A DNA stretch of 64,000 bases from Acidimicrobiales bacterium (GCA_035296625.1 DATHAO010000055.1:8410-72409), one strand, 5' to 3'. Numbered from the stretch's first letter, positions 26,245-36,144 are shown. Program-made: numbers and translations. The notes: generated from the sequence alone by a model not told the origin.

Positions 26245-26829
26245 ATGGCGTCGCGGTTGGGCGACCGGCTCTCGCGGCGGCACACTCGCGGCATGGACAT
26301 CGGCGGGGGTGCGCACGCGACGCTGTTCCTGCCGCCCGATGTCGCCGCGCCGCTCGACCAGATCCGGCGCGTCTTCGATCCCGCCTTCGCCGCGCAGATC
26401 GGGTTGCACGCCACACTGACCTACCCCGACGAGACCCCGCACCCCGGCCTGCTCGCCCAGCGCCTGGACGAGCTGGGGGAGTGGTCGGGCCCGATCCCGC
26501 TGCTGCTCACCGAGGTCGTCCCCTACGGGGAACCGCCGGACCCGCGCCGGGGCCTCCAGGTGCGCACCGACGACGTGTCCGGCGCCTATCTCGGCGCCCG
26601 CGCCCAGCTGCTCGCGCCGCCGTGCACGCCTCACGGGGTCGACGAGGCCGTGCCCCACATCACGCTGGTCCACCCGATCACCTCCCAGCGGGGGCCCGAG
26701 GCCTGGGCTGCTCTGGCCGGCCGGCGCATCGACACCGAGGTCACGATCGAGCGGGTGGCGCTCGTGGCGTGGGACGGCGCCGGGTGGCCGTCGTCGAAGG
26801 TGGTCCGCCTCACCGGCGGGCCCTGGTAG
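26245..26829 (+). CDS. 2H phosphoesterase superfamily protein (2'-5' RNA ligase-like)
   Basis: Two HxT motifs are present, LHATLTY and PHITLVH. The start is the ATG at 26245, with an alternative ATG at 26293. The upstream part of ORF 25636..26829 is antisense to the VOC gene. Confidence 0.65.
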   Translation: MASRLGDRLSRRHTRGMDIGGGAHATLFLPPDVAAPLDQIRRVFDPAFAAQIGLHATLTYPDETPHPGLLAQRLDELGEWSGPIPLLLTEVVPYGEPPDPRRGLQVRTDDVSGAYLGARAQLLAPPCTPHGVDEAVPHITLVHPITSQRGPEAWAALAGRRIDTEVTIERVALVAWDGAGWPSSKVVRLTGGPW

Positions 26830-26849
26830 CGCCCCTCGTCGGGGGGTCG

Positions 26850-27674
26850 TCACGGCCGGGCGAGCAGCTCGCCGTTGATGATCACGAAGACCCCGTCCGG
26901 CCCCTCGGCCCAGGCGTGCCAGGCGGCCGCGATGTCGGCCAGCTCGGTGGCCGTCGCCACGCCGTAGGACACGGCCTGGTGGGCCACCGACGACGACACG
27001 ATGCGCTCGGCCCACATGGCGGCCCACCAGCGACGGTCGTCGGGTGTGGCGAAGGTCCAGGTCGACGTCGTGAACGTGGTGTCGGTCAACCCCGCAGCCC
27101 GTGCCCACACCGGTAGATGCCGGGCGGCGGCCGCGTCGGCCCCGTTCCGTTGCGTCACCGCCAGGTACACCTCGAGCCAGCGGTCGAGCCCCGGGGAGTC
27201 CGGCGCCCAGGTCATCGCCGGGTAGTCGGCGTCGCGCACGGCGACGAGCCCGCCGGGGCGGACGAGCCCGGCCATGGCCCGCAGGGCCCCCACCGGGTCG
27301 CGGAGGTGCTGGAGCACCTGGTGCGCGTGCACGACGTCGAAGCCGCCCGCTCCATCGGGACCGGCTGCGAGCTCGAGCGACCGGAAGTCGCCCACGGCGA
27401 ACGAGACGTTCGCCACGCCGGCCTCCTCGGCGTGCGCGCGTGCCCGGTCGACCACGTCGGCCGCCACGTCGACGCCGACCACGCGCCCCGGCGCGACGCG
27501 CCGTGCCAGGTCCACGGTCAGGGTGCCCGGACCGCAGCCCACGTCGAGCAGCGAGGTCCCGGGGGTCAGGTGGGGGAGCAGGTAGGCGGCCGAGTTGGCC
27601 GCGGTGCGCCAGCGGTGGGACCGCAGGACCGCCTCGCTGTGGCCGTGGGTGTAGACGTCGTCGGTGCCTGCCAT
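26850..27674 (-). CDS. Class I SAM-dependent methyltransferase
   Basis: Motif I is LLDVGCGPGTLT and the post-I acidic residue is in VVGVDV. The start is probably the ATG at 27674 (MAGTDDVYTHGHS). The ORF extends to 27737. Confidence 0.8.
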   Translation of the reverse strand: MAGTDDVYTHGHSEAVLRSHRWRTAANSAAYLLPHLTPGTSLLDVGCGPGTLTVDLARRVAPGRVVGVDVAADVVDRARAHAEEAGVANVSFAVGDFRSLELAAGPDGAGGFDVVHAHQVLQHLRDPVGALRAMAGLVRPGGLVAVRDADYPAMTWAPDSPGLDRWLEVYLAVTQRNGADAAAARHLPVWARAAGLTDTTFTTSTWTFATPDDRRWWAAMWAERIVSSSVAHQAVSYGVATATELADIAAAWHAWAEGPDGVFVIINGELLARP

Positions 27675-27786
27675 CGGCGGCATCCTCGCACCGTCACGGT
27701 CGCCGCCACCCAGCGTTCGGCGCGCCACGTCCGCCAAACCTCGGGGTGGACGGCGGCCAGGCGCAGCGTGGCCGTCGTGCCGGATC

Positions 27787-27826
27787 GTGCCCCGCCGTGC
27801 CCCGCCGCGCCCCGCCGCGCCACGCC
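27787..27826. repeat. 10-bp tandem repeat x4 (gtgccccgcc, gtgccccgcc, gcgccccgcc, gcgccacgcc)
   Basis: Read directly from the sequence. It lies in the divergent intergenic region between the methyltransferase and YihY genes. Confidence 0.85.
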
Positions 27827-27910
27827 GCGGACCCCCCAGAGGCGACCTCCGACCGGGCGGCCGTGACGCAGCGCGTGTGTAAGCACGCGGTGCGTGGGTA
27901 GCCCGGCCGC

Positions 27911-28909
27911 ATGGCTTCGATCACGTCCTTCCTTCGGGGCAACCACGAGGACGACCGCGGACGCACCGCCGATCGACCGACCGAGATCCCGGCGCGCGGC
28001 TGGAAGGACGTGCTGACCCGCGTGAAGGCCGACATCAAGCGCGACGACGTGACCCTGCTGTCGGCCGGCGTGGCGTTCTACGCCCTCCTGTCGCTGGTGC
28101 CGGGCCTGGTTGCGCTCGTCTCGGTCTACGGGCTGGTGGCCGACCCGGCCGACATCCAGCGCAACATCGACGACATGCTCGCTGCCGCCCCCAAGGAGGT
28201 GCAGGAGCTGGTGTCGTCCCAGCTGTCCGACATCGTCGAGAGCTCGCCCAGCGGCCTGCGCCTGGGTGCCCTCGTCGGTCTCGTCGTCGCGCTGTGGTCG
28301 GCCTCGTCCGGCGTGAAGAACCTGATGACGGCGGTCAACCGGGCGTACCACGAGGACGAGACCCGGGGCTTCTTCAAGCTGCGGGGTACCGCCATCTTCC
28401 TCACGATCGCCCTCGTGGCGATCGGTGCGGTCGGCCTGGGAGTCGTCGTGGCGCCGGCCGCCCTCGACTCCGGCGGTGCGCTCGGCGTGGCGCGCGACGT
28501 CCTCGGGATCGTCCGCTGGCCGATCGCCGCCCTGCTCATCCTGGTCGGCCTGGCGCTGATCTACCGGTTCGGCCCGGACCGCGACAACCCGCGCTGGGGC
28601 TGGGCCTCGACCGGGGCGATCGTCGCCGCCGTCCTGTGGCTGGCGGCCTCGATCGGCTTCTCGTTCTACACGGCGAACTTCGGCAGCTACAACGAGACCT
28701 ACGGGGCCCTCGGCGCAATCGTGGTCGTGATGCTGTGGCTCTGGATCAGCGCCTTCGCCATCATCACCGGGGCCGAGCTGAACGGTGAGAGCGAGCGCCA
28801 GACGGTCTCCGACACCACCACCGGTGGGTCGAAGCCGCTCGGCGAGCGCGACGCCTACGCAGCCGACACGATCGGACCGGAGGCCGGCGAGGTGTCCGAC
28901 CGCAGCTGA
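27911..28909 (+). CDS. YihY/BrkB-family membrane protein
   Basis: The N-terminus WKDVLTRVKADIKRDDVTLLSAGVAFYALLSLVP is followed by multiple TM helices and the C-terminal LWLWISAFAIITGAELN, which is the family signature. Confidence 0.85.
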   Translation: MASITSFLRGNHEDDRGRTADRPTEIPARGWKDVLTRVKADIKRDDVTLLSAGVAFYALLSLVPGLVALVSVYGLVADPADIQRNIDDMLAAAPKEVQELVSSQLSDIVESSPSGLRLGALVGLVVALWSASSGVKNLMTAVNRAYHEDETRGFFKLRGTAIFLTIALVAIGAVGLGVVVAPAALDSGGALGVARDVLGIVRWPIAALLILVGLALIYRFGPDRDNPRWGWASTGAIVAAVLWLAASIGFSFYTANFGSYNETYGALGAIVVVMLWLWISAFAIITGAELNGESERQTVSDTTTGGSKPLGERDAYAADTIGPEAGEVSDRS

Positions 28910-28979
28910 CGGACCCACCGCCGCGGGTCGTCCGGGGCCCACTCGCCGCCCGCCCGCCGGTCGGGGCCGGGTGAGGGGG

Positions 28980-29588
28980 TCAGGAGGCCGGGGTCACCGG
29001 GCGGTGGGCCCGGACCAGCGTGTCCAGCGCGGGCCGGTCGGCGCCGTCCACCGGTCGCTCGACCGTCTCGGCCCGCTCGATCACGAGGCCGGGCAGCAGG
29101 GCGGTCACCGTCGCCGGATCGAGCAGAACGGTGGGGTCCTGCGGCCCGCCCACGCCCTCGGCGATGTTGCGGCGGTCGTGGCCCACGACGAGCACGGTCC
29201 CGCCGGGAGCGACGGCCGGCAACACCGGGCCGAGCGCCGCCGCCAGCTCGTCGGCGTCCAGCTGCAGGTAGGCGATCACCACGAGGTCGAAGGGGCCGGG
29301 TGGGTCCCACGTCGTGACGTCGGCCTCCACCCAGGTGACGGCGTCGCCCCGAGGTGCGGCGCCTGCCAGGCGCCGTCCCTTGCCGAGGGCCACGGCCGAG
29401 AAGTCCGCGGCGACGACCCGCCAGCCCCGGCCGGCGAGCCACAGGGCGTTGCGTCCCTCACCGCAGGCCAGGTCGAGGGCCCGTCCCGGCGGGAGGTCGG
29501 CGGTCTGGTCGGCCACCAGGCGGTTCGGGCCGGCCGACCAGACGAGCTCGACGGCGGCGTAGCGGCGGTCCCAGTCCTCGGCCCGCAC
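28980..29588 (-). CDS. Class I SAM-dependent methyltransferase (TehB-like)
   Basis: WDRRY...ALDLACGEGRNALWLAGRGWRVVAADFS. The GTG at 29588 avoids a 32-nt overlap with the upstream DinB gene. An ATG at 29624 is the alternative start. Confidence 0.75.
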   Translation of the reverse strand: MRAEDWDRRYAAVELVWSAGPNRLVADQTADLPPGRALDLACGEGRNALWLAGRGWRVVAADFSAVALGKGRRLAGAAPRGDAVTWVEADVTTWDPPGPFDLVVIAYLQLDADELAAALGPVLPAVAPGGTVLVVGHDRRNIAEGVGGPQDPTVLLDPATVTALLPGLVIERAETVERPVDGADRPALDTLVRAHRPVTPAS

Positions 29589-29592
29589 GGCG

Positions 29593-30108
29593 TCACTCGC
29601 CCGTGACGCCGTCGATGCTTTCACGGAGGAGGTCGGCGTGGCCGTTGTGGCGGGCCGTCTCCTCGATCATGTGCAGCACGATCCACCGGGCGCTGAAGCG
29701 CTCCCCGGTGCGCCGGCTCTGGTTGACCGACAGCGTGCCCAGGTCGCCCACCTCGGCGAGTGCCGCCCGGCTCCGGGCGCATGCGTCGTCGTACAGCCCG
29801 AACACGTACGCCGGGTCGTCGCCGGGAGCGCTGGTCAACTCCCAGTCCTCGTCGTCGTCCCACGGGGCGCTGGCCCAGGGCTCGGCGCGGGGCCGACCGA
29901 GCATGATGTGGCCGAACCAGTGGTCCTCGTTGAGCGCCGCGTGCTTCACGAGGCCGATCAGCGTGAGCGTCGACGGAGGGTGGGTGCGGGCCAGCTGCTC
30001 ACGGTCGAGGCCCGCGGCCTTCCCGACCAGGGTGGCGCGGTGGAAGTCGAGGAACTGGCCGAGCATGGCGAGCTCGGGGGCCTGGGTGTCGGGGTCGGTG
30101 CGGTCCAC
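29593..30108 (-). CDS. DinB-family (DUF664 / mycothiol-transferase-like) protein
   Basis: FLDFHRATLVGKAAGL...LIGLVKHAALNEDHWF...LHMIEETARHNGHADLLRE. The start is the GTG at 30108 or the ATG at 30066. The rest of ORF 29593..30981 is Arg-rich. Confidence 0.75.
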   Translation of the reverse strand: MDRTDPDTQAPELAMLGQFLDFHRATLVGKAAGLDREQLARTHPPSTLTLIGLVKHAALNEDHWFGHIMLGRPRAEPWASAPWDDDEDWELTSAPGDDPAYVFGLYDDACARSRAALAEVGDLGTLSVNQSRRTGERFSARWIVLHMIEETARHNGHADLLRESIDGVTGE

Positions 30109-30308
30109 TGGCGCGGAGGCTACCGACCCCGGGGCACCATCCGCCCCGGGCCCCGGGCCCCGGGTCCAGGTCAGGCGCCCGGTGCTCGACGACCGCGGAG
30201 CACGGCGCTGGCGCCCGGCGGCAGCCCGAAGTCGAGCCCGTGTCGGGCTTCTGGCAGCGCTAGATGCCGACGGGCGAAGGAACCGCTGCCAGAACGGCGC
30301 GCGAATGC

Positions 30309-30698
30309 TTACGGTCGTCGGTCGGCGTACGAGCGGAACTCGACCATCAGGCCGTCGGGATCCCGCACGTAGACCGACTCGCCGTCGCCCCGTGCCCCGT
30401 AGCGCGGTCCGGCGTCGATGACCTCGAGCTCGTCGGCCAGGGCCCGGCGGTCGGTCTCGCTGACCACGAAGCAGATGTGGTCGAGGTGCCCGCGCCCGGT
30501 GCCGTCGTCCCATCCGTGGGGGATGATGTCGATGATCGTGGCGGCGTCGACCCGCAGCGACGGGAACGGGGCCTCGCCGCTGCGCCACTCGTCGATGCGG
30601 ACGCCGTCGAGCCCGGCGTGCCGGCCGTACCAGGCGAGCGTCTTCTCGACGTCGTCGACGATCAGGACGATGTGGTCGAGCGCCAGGGCGGTGGCCAT
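30309..30698 (-). CDS. VOC/glyoxalase family protein
   Basis: LDHIVLIVDDVEKTLAWY...HLDHICFVV...VYVRDPDGLMVEF. The ATG at 30698 is preceded by GAGGAGG. Confidence 0.8.
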   Translation of the reverse strand: MATALALDHIVLIVDDVEKTLAWYGRHAGLDGVRIDEWRSGEAPFPSLRVDAATIIDIIPHGWDDGTGRGHLDHICFVVSETDRRALADELEVIDAGPRYGARGDGESVYVRDPDGLMVEFRSYADRRP

Positions 30699-30856
30699 GG
30701 GCGGTCCTCCTCGGGGCGTCGGGGCGGCACCCGGGCGGGGCGCCCGCGCCCATCCCACCCCACGCCGGTCGAGACGTCCAGGCGATCGGCCGGGAACCCG
30801 GGCAGCCACGCCGATCGTCACACCCGCCGACAGCGGTGGTCGGAGGAGAAGGCGAC

Positions 30857-32026
30857 ATGGCGAGACGACGGTTCGTGGCGGCGGTGGCGATGGCCCTGCC
30901 CGTGGCGGTGGTGCTGGCCGACCCGGCCGGCGCCTGCGGTGGCCTGGTCGGGGAGAACGGCACGATCGAGCTGACCCGCACGACGACGCTGGCGGCCTAC
31001 ACCGATGGCGTGGAGCGGTACGTGACGGCGTTCGAGTTCAGCGGCGAGGGCGAATCGGTGGGCTCCATCGTGCCCCTGCCCGACGTGCCCACCGACGTGA
31101 CGCGGGCCGGCGATTGGACGTTGCAGCGCCTCGCCCAGGAGGTGGCGCCGCCCGCGGTCCGGGCGCGCGGTGCCGAGGAGCTGGCGCTGACGGCCCAGGA
31201 CGCCGAGGTGGTGCTCGAGACACAGGTCGACGCGCTCGACACCACCGTGCTGCGGGGGGGCGGCGACGAGGTGGGCCGGTGGGCCCTCGAGAACGGCTTC
31301 CTGCTCACGCCGGACGCACCCGAGGTGCTGGACCACTACGCCCGGCGCAGCCCCGTGTTCATGGCCGCCAGGTTCGACGCCCAGCGGGCCGAGGACCTCG
31401 GCCAGGGCGCCGGTGACAGCACGCCGATCATGGCCACGATCCCCACCGACGACCCGTGGGTGCCGGTCCACATCCTCGGACTGGGCCTCGACGACGAGCG
31501 GGCGGTCGAGGCCGACGTGTTCCTGCTCACCGACGAGGAGCCGCAGCTGCTGGCCGGCGGCGACGGCCTCACCGTGGCGCGCAGCGAGCAGGCGTCGCCG
31601 TCCCTGCTCGCCGACCTGCGCTCGGACGTGGGCATGGCGTGGGTACCTCGCGACATGTGGCTGTCCTACCTGCAGCTCGACGCCCCGGCGGGCGAGTTGG
31701 ACTACGACCTGGCCGTGTCGACCACCCCGGGCGTCGAGCCCTCGCTGGCCGATGCCGGCGTGGACGAGCCGGCGGCCGCCGCCCCGGTCCCGGAGGGCGA
31801 CGGCGGGAGCAACGCCACGCCGTGGCCGCTGGTGGCCGCGGTGGCCGGGGGCCTCGTGCTCGCCGGGGGAGTCGTCGTGGCCCGCCGCCGCTCGCTCTCA
31901 CCGGCGGCCGCGCCGGCGTCGCCGTCGGCACGGGCGGCCGCGCCGGCGTCGCCGTCGGCACCGACGGTCGGCCTGGTTTCGCCGTCGGCACCGACGGTCC
32001 CGCCGGCGTCGGGGAACCGGTCGTGA
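30857..32026 (+). CDS. DUF2330-like secreted protein with C-terminal TM anchor
   Basis: A signal peptide (MARRRFVAAVAMALPVAVVLADPAGA) is followed directly by CGG. The C-terminal TM helix is PWPLVAAVAGGLVLAGGVVVA. The ATG at 30857 lies 8 nt after GGAGGAG. The family assignment is from memory of the ACGG N-terminus and the overall architecture. Confidence 0.6.
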   Translation: MARRRFVAAVAMALPVAVVLADPAGACGGLVGENGTIELTRTTTLAAYTDGVERYVTAFEFSGEGESVGSIVPLPDVPTDVTRAGDWTLQRLAQEVAPPAVRARGAEELALTAQDAEVVLETQVDALDTTVLRGGGDEVGRWALENGFLLTPDAPEVLDHYARRSPVFMAARFDAQRAEDLGQGAGDSTPIMATIPTDDPWVPVHILGLGLDDERAVEADVFLLTDEEPQLLAGGDGLTVARSEQASPSLLADLRSDVGMAWVPRDMWLSYLQLDAPAGELDYDLAVSTTPGVEPSLADAGVDEPAAAAPVPEGDGGSNATPWPLVAAVAGGLVLAGGVVVARRRSLSPAAAPASPSARAAAPASPSAPTVGLVSPSAPTVPPASGNRS

Positions 32027-32517
32027 CCCCGGTCCCGCAGCCGCGGGCTCGAAGGCGGCGGGTGGCGGCCAGGATCGTGCTGGCCGCCGGCGCCCTCGCC
32101 GCGTGCGGGGTCGGGGCGGCGGCCGGACCGGCCGGCCAGGGCGGACAGGCCGGCGAGCTCGGGAGCACCCCGCCGCTCGGACCCGGCACCGTCACCGTCG
32201 AGCTGGGCGTCGCGCACTCGGCGTTCACGGGCGGCGACGTCCGGGTCGTCGCGGGCACCACCGTGCGGTTCGTGCTTGACAACGGTGACCCGATCGGCCA
32301 CGAGCTGATCGTCGGACCGCCGGAGGTCCATGCCCGCCACGCCACCGGCCACGAGGCATCGCACCCGCCGGTGCCCGGCGAGGTCTCCGTGGGCCCGAAC
32401 GGCCGGGCCGAGACGACCTACACCTTCGACGAGCCCGGCACGGTCGAGTACGCCTGCCACCTGCCCGGGCACTACGCCTACGGCATGCACGGCGAGATCG
32501 CGGTCGTCCCCGCCTGA
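32023..32517 (+). CDS. Cupredoxin (plastocyanin/azurin-like) copper-binding protein, probable lipoprotein or exported
   Basis: Type-1 copper ligand pattern: IGHEL ... YACHLPGHYAYGMHG (C-x4-H-x4-M). The N-terminal segment is RIVLAAGALAACG. The GTG start overlaps the DUF2330 stop in a GTGA junction. Confidence 0.8.
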   Translation: MTPVPQPRARRRRVAARIVLAAGALAACGVGAAAGPAGQGGQAGELGSTPPLGPGTVTVELGVAHSAFTGGDVRVVAGTTVRFVLDNGDPIGHELIVGPPEVHARHATGHEASHPPVPGEVSVGPNGRAETTYTFDEPGTVEYACHLPGHYAYGMHGEIAVVPA

Positions 32518-32615
32518 GGAGGGCCGCCGCCGGCCCCTCGACGGCGCCCCGGCCCGGCCGCGGTCGGACCCCTCACCCGCGGTCGACGCCGGGCGGGCGG
32601 CCGGGGCGACCTACC

Positions 32616-34604
32616 GTGACGGACATGGACCCGCGCGGGGAGATCCTCTGGCAGCCGGCTCCCGACGTCCGGGAGCGGAGCCGCATCGGGCAGTACCTCA
32701 CCTGGCTCGAGGAGGAGCGGGGCCGGAGCGTCGACGGCTACGACGACCTGTGGCGGTGGTCGGTCACCGACCTCGACGGCTTCTGGCGGTCGATCTGGGA
32801 CCACTTCCACCTCGAGTCGTCGACCCCGGTCAGCACCGCGCTCGCCGACCGGACGATGCCCGGCGCGCGCTGGTTCCCCGGCGCGACGCTCAACTACGCG
32901 GCCCATGCCCTGCGCAGCGAGCCGAACGGGCCGGCGATCGTGGCCCGGTCCCAGACCCGCGACCGGGTCGAGCTGCACATCGACGAGCTCCGTGAGCAGG
33001 TGGCCCGCTGTCGCGCCGGACTCGTCCGCCTGGGCGTCCGCCGCGGCGACCGCGTCGCCGCCTACCTGCCGACGATCCCCGAGGCCGTCGTGGCGTTCCT
33101 GGCGGCCGCCAGCCTGGGGGCGGTCTGGTCGTCGTGCGCGCCCGAGTTCGGCACCCGCAGCGTCGTCGACCGCCTGCGCCAGATCGCGCCCGCCGTCCTG
33201 CTGGCCGTGGACGGCTATCGCTACGGCGCCAAGGCCGTCGACCGGGCCGCCGAGGTGGCGGCCATCCGGGCCGACCTTCCGTCGCTCCGGGCGGTCGTCA
33301 CGGTGCCCTACCTCGACCCCGCCGCCCGGCTTGCCGGCACGCTGACCTGGGCCGAGCTGCTCGGCGACTCCGGCGACGAGGCTGGCGCCGCCGACGCTGG
33401 AGAGCTGACGTTCGCTGGCGTGCCGTTCGACCACCCGCTCTACGTCCTCTACTCCTCCGGCACGACCGGCCTGCCCAAGCCGATCGTGCATGGTCACGGC
33501 GGCATCCTCCTGGAGCACCACAAGGTGCTGGCGCTCCACAACGACCTCGGCCCCGGCGACCGGTTCCTGTGGTTCACCACGACCGGTTGGATGATGTGGA
33601 ACTACCTGGTGTCGGGCCTGCTGGTCGGCGCGACGCTTGTGCTCGTCGACGGCGACCCCGGCCACCCCGACCTCGGCGCGCTCTGGCGCCTCGCAGGGGA
33701 GGAGGGCGTCACGTTGTTCGGCACCTCGGCGCCGTTCCTCATGGCCTGTCGCAAGGCCGGCGTCGAGCCGGCGGAGATCGCGGACCTGTCGGCGCTGCAC
33801 AGCGTGGGGTCGACCGGGGCACCGTTGCCGGCCGAGGGCTTCGACTGGGTCCACGACGCGGTCGGGCCCGCCGTGCTGCTGTCGTCGATCAGCGGCGGCA
33901 CCGACGTGTGCACGGCGTTCGTGGGCGGCTGCCCGCTCGTTCCCGTCCGCCGCGGCGAGATCTCCTGCCGCTACCTGGGCGTGGCCGTCGAGGCGTGGGA
34001 CGAGGACGGCCGACCCGTCGTCGGCGAGCAGGGCGAGCTGGTGGTCACCGCCCCGATGCCGTCGATGCCGGTGGGGTTCTGGGGCGACGACGACGGCACC
34101 CGGCTGCGGGCCGCCTACTTCGAGCGCCACCCCGGCGTGTGGACGCACGGCGACTGGATCACGCTGCTGCCGGACGGCGCCAGCATCATCACCGGCCGCT
34201 CGGACGCCACGCTGAACCGGGGCGGGGTGCGGATGGGGACGGCCGAGCTCTACGCGGTCGTCGAGGGCTTCGACGAGGTCGCGGACAGCCTTGTCGTGCA
34301 CCTCGACGACCCTCGCGGCGGGCCGGGCCGCCTGCTGCTGTTCGTGGCCCCGGCGCCCGGCCGGCGGCTCGACGACGACCTGCGGGCCCGCCTGGTGAGG
34401 GCGCTGCGGACCGACCTGTCGCCCCGCCACGTCCCGGACGAGATCCACGAGGTGCCGGGCGTGCCGCGCACGCTGTCGGGCAAGAAGCTGGAGGTGCCGG
34501 TCAAGCGCATCCTCGGCGGCGCCGATCCCGACGTGGCCGCCAGCCGGGGAAGCCTGTCCAACCCCGAGGTTCTCGACGCCTACGCCACGTTCGGCGGCGC
34601 CTGA
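32616..34604 (+). CDS. Acetoacetyl-CoA synthetase (acetoacetate-CoA ligase)
   Basis: 662 aa. The N-terminus ILWQPAPDVRERSRIGQYLTWLEE...YDDLWRWSVTDLDGFWRSIW is characteristic of this enzyme. The AMP-binding motif is YSSGTTGLPKPIVH. The protein ends with SGKKLEVPVKR. Confidence 0.85.
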   Translation: MTDMDPRGEILWQPAPDVRERSRIGQYLTWLEEERGRSVDGYDDLWRWSVTDLDGFWRSIWDHFHLESSTPVSTALADRTMPGARWFPGATLNYAAHALRSEPNGPAIVARSQTRDRVELHIDELREQVARCRAGLVRLGVRRGDRVAAYLPTIPEAVVAFLAAASLGAVWSSCAPEFGTRSVVDRLRQIAPAVLLAVDGYRYGAKAVDRAAEVAAIRADLPSLRAVVTVPYLDPAARLAGTLTWAELLGDSGDEAGAADAGELTFAGVPFDHPLYVLYSSGTTGLPKPIVHGHGGILLEHHKVLALHNDLGPGDRFLWFTTTGWMMWNYLVSGLLVGATLVLVDGDPGHPDLGALWRLAGEEGVTLFGTSAPFLMACRKAGVEPAEIADLSALHSVGSTGAPLPAEGFDWVHDAVGPAVLLSSISGGTDVCTAFVGGCPLVPVRRGEISCRYLGVAVEAWDEDGRPVVGEQGELVVTAPMPSMPVGFWGDDDGTRLRAAYFERHPGVWTHGDWITLLPDGASIITGRSDATLNRGGVRMGTAELYAVVEGFDEVADSLVVHLDDPRGGPGRLLLFVAPAPGRRLDDDLRARLVRALRTDLSPRHVPDEIHEVPGVPRTLSGKKLEVPVKRILGGADPDVAASRGSLSNPEVLDAYATFGGA

Positions 34605-34644
34605 ACCAAACGGGCGTTGGGTTCCCCCGCCGGGTCGTGGCACG

Positions 34645-36144
34645 ATGTCTGACGTCGCATCAGATGTTGCCGGGACCGAGGGGAAGCACGTGGAGATCAA
34701 GGACAGGCTCTACATCGGCGGCGCGTGGGTCGCCCCGTCGACGACCAACGCCATCGAGGTGATCAGCCCGGCCACCGAAGAGCCGATCGCCCGGGTGCCC
34801 GAGGCCGCCGAGGCCGACATCGATCGGGCGGTCGAGGCCGCGAAGGCGGCGCTCACCGGCCCGTACCAGCAACTCACCGCCGAGGAGCGGGCCGAGCTGA
34901 TCACGCGGCTCAGCCAGGCGATCGGAGCCCGCAGCCAGGAGTTCGCCGACACGATCACCGCCGAGATGGGCTCCCCGTCGAGCTGGTCGATCATGGGCCA
35001 GGTGCTCTCCGCGACGATGGTGCTCGACGGCTGGGCCGATCTCGTGCGCAGCTACCCGTTCGAGGAGCTCCGTGCCGGCGCGCTCGGGCCGAACCTGGTC
35101 CGCAAGGAGCCGGTCGGCGTCGTCGCCGGGATCATCCCCTGGAACGTGCCGCTGTTCCTGATCGCCGTGAAGCTCGGCGGCGCGCTGGCCTCGGGGTCGC
35201 CGATCGTGCTGAAGCCGTCGCCCGAGACCCCACTCGACGCGTACCTCGTCGGCGAGCTGCTCGACGAGGTCGGCGTACCCGCCGGCATGGTGTCGATCCT
35301 CCCGGCCGGCCGCGAGGTGGGCGAGTACCTCGTGCGCCACCGCGGCGTCGACAAGGTCAGCTTCACGGGCTCGACCGCGGCGGGCCGCAAGGTCGGCGCG
35401 ATCTGCGGCGAGATGCTGAAGACCTGCACGCTCGAGCTCGGCGGCAAGTCGGCGGCCATCGTGCTCGACGACGCCGACCTGGCGACGTCGATCCCGCTGC
35501 TCATGCCGTCCGCGCTCATGAACAACGGCGAGGCCTGCATCGCCCAGACCCGAATCCTGGCCTCCCGTTCCCGCTACGACGAGGTGGTCGACGCCCTCGC
35601 GGAGGCCGTGAAGGGCACGACGGTGGGCGATCCCACCGACCCGACCGTCGCGGTCGGCCCCCTCGTGGCCGAGCGCCAGCGCGACCGGGTCCTCGGCTAC
35701 ATCGAGAAGGGCCGGAGCGAGGGCGCCCGCCTCGCCGTGGGCGGAGGCCGGCCCGCCGGACTGGACAAGGGCTGGTACGTCGAGCCGACGCTGTTCACCG
35801 ACGTCGACAACGGCATGACGATCGCCCAGGAGGAGATCTTCGGCCCCGTGCTGTCGGTCATCGCCTATGACGACGAGGCCGATGCCGTGCGCATCGCCAA
35901 CGACAGCGACTACGGGCTGTCGGGCTCCGTGTGGACGGCGGATGTCGAGCGGGGCCTGGGCGTGGCCCGCCAGGTCCGCACCGGCACCTACGGCATCAAC
36001 AGCTTCGGCACGCTCGACCTGCGCAACCCGTTCGGCGGCTACAAGGCCTCGGGCGTGGGCCGCGAGCTGGGACCGGAGGGCCTCGAGGCGTTCCTCGAGA
36101 CGAAGACCGTCATCCTGCCGATGGACTACGTGCCGCCGTCCTGA
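34645..36144 (+). CDS. NAD(P)-dependent aldehyde dehydrogenase
   Basis: FTGSTAAGRKV, ELGGKSAAIV and the catalytic Cys in NNGEACIAQTR. Confidence 0.9.
   Translation: MSDVASDVAGTEGKHVEIKDRLYIGGAWVAPSTTNAIEVISPATEEPIARVPEAAEADIDRAVEAAKAALTGPYQQLTAEERAELITRLSQAIGARSQEFADTITAEMGSPSSWSIMGQVLSATMVLDGWADLVRSYPFEELRAGALGPNLVRKEPVGVVAGIIPWNVPLFLIAVKLGGALASGSPIVLKPSPETPLDAYLVGELLDEVGVPAGMVSILPAGREVGEYLVRHRGVDKVSFTGSTAAGRKVGAICGEMLKTCTLELGGKSAAIVLDDADLATSIPLLMPSALMNNGEACIAQTRILASRSRYDEVVDALAEAVKGTTVGDPTDPTVAVGPLVAERQRDRVLGYIEKGRSEGARLAVGGGRPAGLDKGWYVEPTLFTDVDNGMTIAQEEIFGPVLSVIAYDDEADAVRIANDSDYGLSGSVWTADVERGLGVARQVRTGTYGINSFGTLDLRNPFGGYKASGVGRELGPEGLEAFLETKTVILPMDYVPPS

Noticed and set aside
32478-34700. 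740-aa minus-strand ORF antisense to acetoacetyl-CoA synthetase.
   Set aside because: This is a mirror-frame artefact. The plus strand has the AMP-binding signature and a full-length match in architecture.
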